DNA from: Saccharolobus solfataricus
Lineage (GTDB): Archaea; Thermoproteota; Thermoprotei_A; Sulfolobales; Sulfolobaceae
Direction: 5' to 3'
Assembly: GCF_900079115.1 (NCBI RefSeq)
Contig: NZ_LT549890.1
Location: forward strand, 3,000,001 to 3,032,000
DNA: 32,000 nucleotides
The notes under the pieces are model-generated. The model saw only the letters and a list, made by a program, of their open reading frames with translations, did not search any database and had not been told where the DNA came from. The first letter of the stretch is position 1. The number at the start of each line of letters is the position of its first letter. Shown here in pieces: positions 27,548-32,000 of the stretch. Made by a program: the position numbers and the translations under genes.

Positions 27548-28241
27548 CTTTTCTATTGTTATACCCACTTATAATGAGAGAGACAATATTGTAAAACTAG
27601 TAGAGGAGATAAATAGGATAGTACCATATAATTCCAGAATTCTTATAGTAGATGATAATAGCCCAGATGGAACAGCATTAATATTGCAAGAGTTAAACAT
27701 TCATAACCTTACTGTATTAATAAGACATAACGAAAGAGGCTTAGGATCAGCGTTAAGATATGGAATTAGTAAGGCGATAGAGCTAGAATCAGACTTCATA
27801 GTCACTATGGATGCGGACTTTAGTCATAATCCGAAATATTTACCAGAAATGATGAAAATTGCCTTAAATGAAAATTGCGACCTAGTTATAGGTTCTAGAT
27901 ATGTAATAGGAGGTGGAATAGAAAATTGGTCACTTAGTAGGAGAATTATAAGTAAGGGAGCCAACTATCTGTTTAAGTTAGTTTCACATTCCCCAATCAT
28001 GGATAATACGTCAAATTACAGAATATACTCACGTAGAGCCGCACTATTGGCATTAGAATGTGATACCACAAATGGATATGAATTTCAAATATGCTCAATA
28101 TTCAAAATTATAAGGAATAACCTCAAGATTAAGGAATATCCCATCATCTTTGTAGATAGAAAAACTGGAAAAAGTAAACTTAATTTGAAGGAAATTTTAA
28201 ATTGGTTCCTTTATATAATTAGGCTTTCCCTTTCTTTTTGA
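27540..28241 (+). CDS. GT2 family glycosyltransferase, dolichyl-phosphate mannose/glucose synthase-like
   Basis: The protein has FSIVIPTYNERDNI, VDDNSPDGT and MDADFSH motifs. The ORF track starts at 27474, but the conserved N-terminus begins at the ATG at 27540. That ATG overlaps the PUA gene stop (atgggtaa). Confidence 0.85.
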   Translation: MGNFSIVIPTYNERDNIVKLVEEINRIVPYNSRILIVDDNSPDGTALILQELNIHNLTVLIRHNERGLGSALRYGISKAIELESDFIVTMDADFSHNPKYLPEMMKIALNENCDLVIGSRYVIGGGIENWSLSRRIISKGANYLFKLVSHSPIMDNTSNYRIYSRRAALLALECDTTNGYEFQICSIFKIIRNNLKIKEYPIIFVDRKTGKSKLNLKEILNWFLYIIRLSLSF

Positions 28242-28542
28242 GCTTTTCCAACTCTCCTTTGATTGTATCTATCTCTTTCTTAAGTAAGGTTATCTCGTTC
28301 TCATGATTCTCCAATGTCTTCAATAGTTTCATGCTGTCTATGTGTGCTTCCTCCTCATATTCCCTAAGTCTTATATTACCGTCTTGATCCATTTCAACCA
28401 GCCCAAGTCTTTGGAGTTCTCTAGCGTAGCCCTTAGCTGTCTTTGGGGATACTTTTATTTCTAGAGCTAGATCTTTTACGTTCATAGTTCCCTTATTCTT
28501 TAGCATATTTATTATATCTTGAAGCCTAGGAGTAAGTTCCAT
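28219..28542 (-). CDS. Small winged-helix DNA-binding protein with C-terminal coiled coil
   Basis: In this 107-aa ORF, residues about 8-60 look like a wHTH (MNVKDLALEIKVSPKTAKGYARELQRLGLVE). They are followed by a heptad-like, Lys/Glu-rich tail. I did not recognise a family subtype. Confidence 0.5.
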   Translation of the reverse strand: MELTPRLQDIINMLKNKGTMNVKDLALEIKVSPKTAKGYARELQRLGLVEMDQDGNIRLREYEEEAHIDSMKLLKTLENHENEITLLKKEIDTIKGELEKLKKKGKA

Positions 28543-28602
28543 ATCTAATAGCTTACCATAGAATGCCTTTTAAATATAGAGACATATCAAATTAAGAGAG
28601 AG

Positions 28603-29559
28603 TTGACACTACTGCTAAAAGAGAATGATGTAATAAATTTACTGGATTACAAACAAATTTATGGAGCGTTAGTTAATGCATTTTTACTTTTTGAAAATAA
28701 ATTTGCAATAAATTTAGAAAGAAGTAGAATCTCGTTTCACGGAACTACACTTACGTTTCAAGCAGCAGGTATGGAAAATTACATTGGATATAAAACTTTC
28801 ATTTCAGGTAACCATTTGACGTTTCTATATGACACCTCTGGTAACTTACTAAGCATAATAGAGTCTGATAGACTTTCACAAGCTAGAACTGCTGTTTTAT
28901 CAATTCTCGCCACAGATTACGTTTATGGAGATTTTTCCTCTCTAGGAGTAATTGGTTTGGGAAAATATGGCCTAGCGATTGTTGAGATAGCAAACCAATT
29001 AAAGAAAGGAATTAAAATTAATGTTTTCACTCCTTCACAACAACGAATGGAAAAGGCTCTATCGATATTAAGAGGTGAAGGTATAGATGTCTCACCGAAA
29101 GATTCAATTAAAAGAGTTTGTGAAGAAAGCGAAGTTGTAACGACAATAACTAAAGCTAAGGATCCGTTTTTGAAATTAGAATATGTAAATAATAAGAGAA
29201 TACACATTAATGCAATGGGTTCCAATATACCAGAAAAGATTGAGATTTTCCCAGAGGTAATAAAAGCGTCAAATTTGATTGTGGTCGAGGAACTAGAGCA
29301 GAGTTTAAAAGAATCCGGCGAGTTAGTCATCGCAAAGAGGATGGGAATGTTAGATATGAGTAAGATAACTCTCTTGTCATGGATATTATCTAGAAAGATT
29401 AACGTACAGAAAGAGGGAATAACCATTTTTAAATCTGTAGGTATAGGTCTTGAAGATTTAGCGGTAGGGAAACTCATCTATGAAAAAGCTTTAAGCAAAG
29501 GTTTAGGTACTGAAATAGAGGTAAAGGGAGTTTGGTATCGAGAATCGGAAAAGAAATAG
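28603..29559 (+). CDS. Ornithine cyclodeaminase / mu-crystallin family NAD(P)-dependent enzyme
   Basis: The 318-aa ORF starts at TTG. It has the Rossmann motif LGVIGLGKYGLA plus HINAMGSNIPEKIEI and FKSVGIGLEDLAVGKLIYEKA, which are typical of the family. Confidence 0.8.
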   Translation: MTLLLKENDVINLLDYKQIYGALVNAFLLFENKFAINLERSRISFHGTTLTFQAAGMENYIGYKTFISGNHLTFLYDTSGNLLSIIESDRLSQARTAVLSILATDYVYGDFSSLGVIGLGKYGLAIVEIANQLKKGIKINVFTPSQQRMEKALSILRGEGIDVSPKDSIKRVCEESEVVTTITKAKDPFLKLEYVNNKRIHINAMGSNIPEKIEIFPEVIKASNLIVVEELEQSLKESGELVIAKRMGMLDMSKITLLSWILSRKINVQKEGITIFKSVGIGLEDLAVGKLIYEKALSKGLGTEIEVKGVWYRESEKK

Positions 29560-30674
29560 AGATTTCACCAGTCGAATTAGGATCACAAATAGCTAAAAGA
29601 GTTAAAATTAACATGGCCAGCGGGACGCCGGATCCTAGGAAAATGCCAATAAAGGAAATTAAAGATGCATATAGTGAAGTCTTGAACGAACTAGGTCCGA
29701 AGGTATTATTTTACCCCGGAGCTGGAGGACAAGAAGAGCTCATACGAGAGATAGAAGATAAATTCTTGAGTGTTCTAAACTTAACTAAGAGGAAAGATGA
29801 GAAAATAGTTGTAACAAGTGGAGCACAACATGCCATGGAATTGCTAGGCAAATACTTCCTAGAGAACGATGTTATAGCTGTTGAGAATCCAACTTTCATA
29901 GAAACTTTTAACGCACTAAAATTGAGAAGTTCCTCTGTAATTCCAATATCTTTGGATCCCTCAGGGATTGATGTAAATGAGCTCGAAACCTTACTGAAAG
30001 TTGTGAAGATTAGATTATTATATGTTATTCCAAATTGTCATAACCCTGCCGGAGTTAACATGTCTGAATGTAGAAGAAAGAGACTAATTGAATTGGCCGA
30101 GAAATACGACTTCTATATTATAGAGGATGATCCATATAGACCAATAGCGGGGGAAACTCCACAACCGATAAAGAACTACGACAATAACGGCAGAGTAATA
30201 TACGTTAGTAGCTTCAGTAAAATAATAGCACCAGGATTAAGAGTGGGATTCCTCATAGCAAAGGAAGATATAGCTGAAAAAATTAGCTTAATGGAACAAT
30301 TAGACTTCTCTACATCGACCATAAACCAATATGTAGTGGCTAGATTATTAAGAAAGGGGGTTGTAACTGAAAGATCAAAAGAGCTTTATGAGCATTATAA
30401 AAGTAAGATGAAGATATTAGTAGACTCTCTCGTAGATAAAGGATTAGACAAGTTTAATGAACCTAAGTGTGGTTTCTTTCTGCTCCTAGATGTTGGAAAA
30501 GATAGTTGGAACGTTTTTCATAAGGCTGTAGAAAAAGGCCTAAGTTTTGTTCCAGCAAAACCTTTCTTTTTGAGAGGAGGAGATACCATGGCAAGACTGA
30601 GCGTGTCAGTTGCGACTAAAGAAGAAATAATTGAGGGAGTCAAAATCCTTAATGAAGTCATAAGAAATATTTAA
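29532..30674 (+). CDS. Class I/II PLP aminotransferase (2-aminoadipate / kynurenine / aromatic aminotransferase-like)
   Basis: The 380-aa ORF starts at TTG and overlaps the preceding gene by 28 nt. It has INMASGTPDP, NPAGVNMS, and SSFSKIIAPGLRVGF with the PLP lysine. Confidence 0.8.
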   Translation: MVSRIGKEIEISPVELGSQIAKRVKINMASGTPDPRKMPIKEIKDAYSEVLNELGPKVLFYPGAGGQEELIREIEDKFLSVLNLTKRKDEKIVVTSGAQHAMELLGKYFLENDVIAVENPTFIETFNALKLRSSSVIPISLDPSGIDVNELETLLKVVKIRLLYVIPNCHNPAGVNMSECRRKRLIELAEKYDFYIIEDDPYRPIAGETPQPIKNYDNNGRVIYVSSFSKIIAPGLRVGFLIAKEDIAEKISLMEQLDFSTSTINQYVVARLLRKGVVTERSKELYEHYKSKMKILVDSLVDKGLDKFNEPKCGFFLLLDVGKDSWNVFHKAVEKGLSFVPAKPFFLRGGDTMARLSVSVATKEEIIEGVKILNEVIRNI

Positions 30675-31036
30675 CCAAATACAACTTCTTCTACTCTAGA
30701 AATAAAATCCTTTACTTGATTCTCATAAAGTGGGATATCGTCTTCATCTACATTCCCACTTAAATAACAATCGTAGTGTAGGGTTAGCCCTAAGTTCCAA
30801 TAATATTCTACCCAATCTCCCAATATACTAGATAACTCCTTTACAACCTCAGTTCTCGGTTTATCTTGTAAAGAGAAATAATAACTGAGCAGTTTTATTC
30901 CAGCATTTATTGCTTCATATAACATTTCGCATACTACAATTGGTGAATTAACTGTATTACTGAGATCATAGTAGAATTTTGACGTTGATATAAAATATGT
31001 ATAAAATTCCTTTTTAGACTCATTTAATGTTTCCAC
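30671..31036 (-). CDS. Hypothetical all-alpha protein, possibly PaREP1/HEPN-like
   Basis: The 121-aa ORF shows the pattern EMLYEAINAGIKLL ... VKELSSILGDWVEYYWNLGLTLHYDCY ... DEDDI...VKDFI. It resembles archaeal PaREP1-family proteins as I remember them. The assignment is weak. Confidence 0.3.
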   Translation of the reverse strand: METLNESKKEFYTYFISTSKFYYDLSNTVNSPIVVCEMLYEAINAGIKLLSYYFSLQDKPRTEVVKELSSILGDWVEYYWNLGLTLHYDCYLSGNVDEDDIPLYENQVKDFISRVEEVVFG

Positions 31037-31126
31037 GATATTATACTTATACAGTATTATTTTAAAAAGTAAACGTCATGCTACTACGCTTTTATAAAGG
31101 TTTATGGTAAAGATATAAAAGGAATC

Positions 31127-31480
31127 ATGAAGCTAATTTATTTCTCACTTCTCTTAACCGCTGTATCCCTATTAATAGGAAGTATAATGCTATTTAATAC
31201 TGTACCAAGAATTTTCACAATCGGTACATTAGCTATAGTGATGTTTCTGATTGCGTCCTTGTTTTTAATTAATAAATATAATTTCTTAACTTATATATTA
31301 TTCGTATTAGCAATATTAGCTATAATTATATCCTCTTCTTCCGGAGCACATGTACAAGCTTTTAGAGAATTTGGCGAATCCTTATACATCACAGCTCTGG
31401 ATATTTTAATGATCTTAGGTTTCTATGTAGGGCCAATCCTATACATAGTAGCGTTCCTTAAAGATAATTTAAAAAGGTAA
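31127..31480 (+). CDS. Small membrane protein (about 4 TM), unknown function
   Basis: The 117-aa ORF is entirely hydrophobic helices and I recognise no family. Confidence 0.45.
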   Translation: MKLIYFSLLLTAVSLLIGSIMLFNTVPRIFTIGTLAIVMFLIASLFLINKYNFLTYILFVLAILAIIISSSSGAHVQAFREFGESLYITALDILMILGFYVGPILYIVAFLKDNLKR

Positions 31481-31500
31481 GAGTAATATAATTTAATTCT

Positions 31501-31971
31501 GTGGAAGTTATAGATCCGCATGCGAGAGTAGCAGATTTAGTGGGACTTTTGTACTCTTTAGAAAACACGTTTAATGGTAAGACAGATCTATACATGCTAG
31601 AAAAGGAGATGGAAGTGGATTTAGACGATTTAATGCCAATAGTGTATACTGCAAATTCCTTAGGTTTCATAACAGTAGGTGAGGGAGATATTATAATAAC
31701 CGATAAAGGAATTGAGTTCCTTAAATCGAATCTTAAGAGAAGAAAAGAAATCATCAAAGATTCAATAAAGAAAATTGAACCATTTAAAACAACGTTAGAA
31801 TTGAAGTATTTTACGATAGAAGAACTAAAATATGTTCTAGAAAAGAAAGGAATTCAAGTTTACAATAGCCCAGAGGGTCTTTATGACTTACAGATCACTT
31901 TAGTTGAATGGGGAGTTTATTCTGGATTGCTGAAAAAGGAAGGAGAGAGGTTTATTGTAGTTACGACTTAG
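31501..31971 (+). CDS. Stand-alone protein resembling the C-terminal AAA-associated domain of NitT/TauT-type ABC ATPases
   Basis: The 156-aa ORF starts at GTG. Its N-terminal half (LVGLLYSL....GKTDLYMLEKEMEVDLDDLMPIVYTANSLGFITVGEGDIIITDKGIEFLK...RRKEI) matches my recollection of that domain's consensus. This is unverified. Confidence 0.4.
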   Translation: MEVIDPHARVADLVGLLYSLENTFNGKTDLYMLEKEMEVDLDDLMPIVYTANSLGFITVGEGDIIITDKGIEFLKSNLKRRKEIIKDSIKKIEPFKTTLELKYFTIEELKYVLEKKGIQVYNSPEGLYDLQITLVEWGVYSGLLKKEGERFIVVTT

Positions 31972-32000
31972 CGTAATGCTAGAGAAGTATAAAAATAAAA

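Noticed and set aside
28923-29477. 184-aa antisense ORF inside the OCD-family gene
   Set aside because: The plus-strand gene has clear family motifs. The antisense product is Ser/Ile/Leu/Phe-rich with no motifs, which is typical of a shadow ORF.
31458-31757. 99-aa minus-strand ORF overlapping the 31501..31971 gene
   Set aside because: It is Ser/Ile/Leu-rich with no motif. The plus-strand ORF has a more protein-like composition and a plausible domain match.
1-32000. CRISPR arrays, tRNA or rRNA genes, riboswitches
   Set aside because: I scanned the intergenic gaps by eye on both strands. I found no regularly spaced direct repeats, no cloverleaf-compatible GC-rich 70-90-nt segments and no long 5' leaders. 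A tRNAscan/cmscan run would be needed to be certain.

Overview
This is an AT-rich, densely packed archaeal chromosome segment. Gene content, apparently leaderless promoters (a TATA-like box about 25-30 nt before the start codon) and the mobile elements all point to Sulfolobales, most like Saccharolobus/Sulfolobus solfataricus; that assignment is inference, not a database result. About 33 protein genes are supportable and most are housekeeping: class III and class I aminotransferases, TmcA, gamma-glutamyltranspeptidase, a hexokinase-like kinase plus a sugar-phosphate nucleotidyltransferase, an APC permease, a GT-C glycosyltransferase, a class I aldolase, a flippase, a CBS protein, two M48 proteases, GMP synthase subunit B, cobQ/cobS/cbiB, a Zn-ADH, a lone Mo-hydroxylase large subunit, a PUA protein, a Dpm1-like GT2, and an ornithine-cyclodeaminase-family protein. 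I saw no rRNA, tRNA or CRISPR array. The non-routine content is mobile or non-coding. (1) A 1058-bp IS5-family element (ISC1058-like) has imperfect terminal inverted repeats (IRs) and a perfect 9-bp target duplication, and it sits on the promoter of the nucleotidyltransferase gene. (2) Two roughly 120-135-bp MITEs carry the same termini. (3) A decayed tnpB-only IS200/IS605 element still has end hairpins and a GC-rich 3' segment where an omega-RNA would lie. (4) A roughly 190-bp GC-rich multi-hairpin island at 9113-9300 is explained by no gene and is my best candidate for something undescribed. I did not find convincing evidence for a novel multi-gene system; the operon-level observations are reported with modest interest scores.
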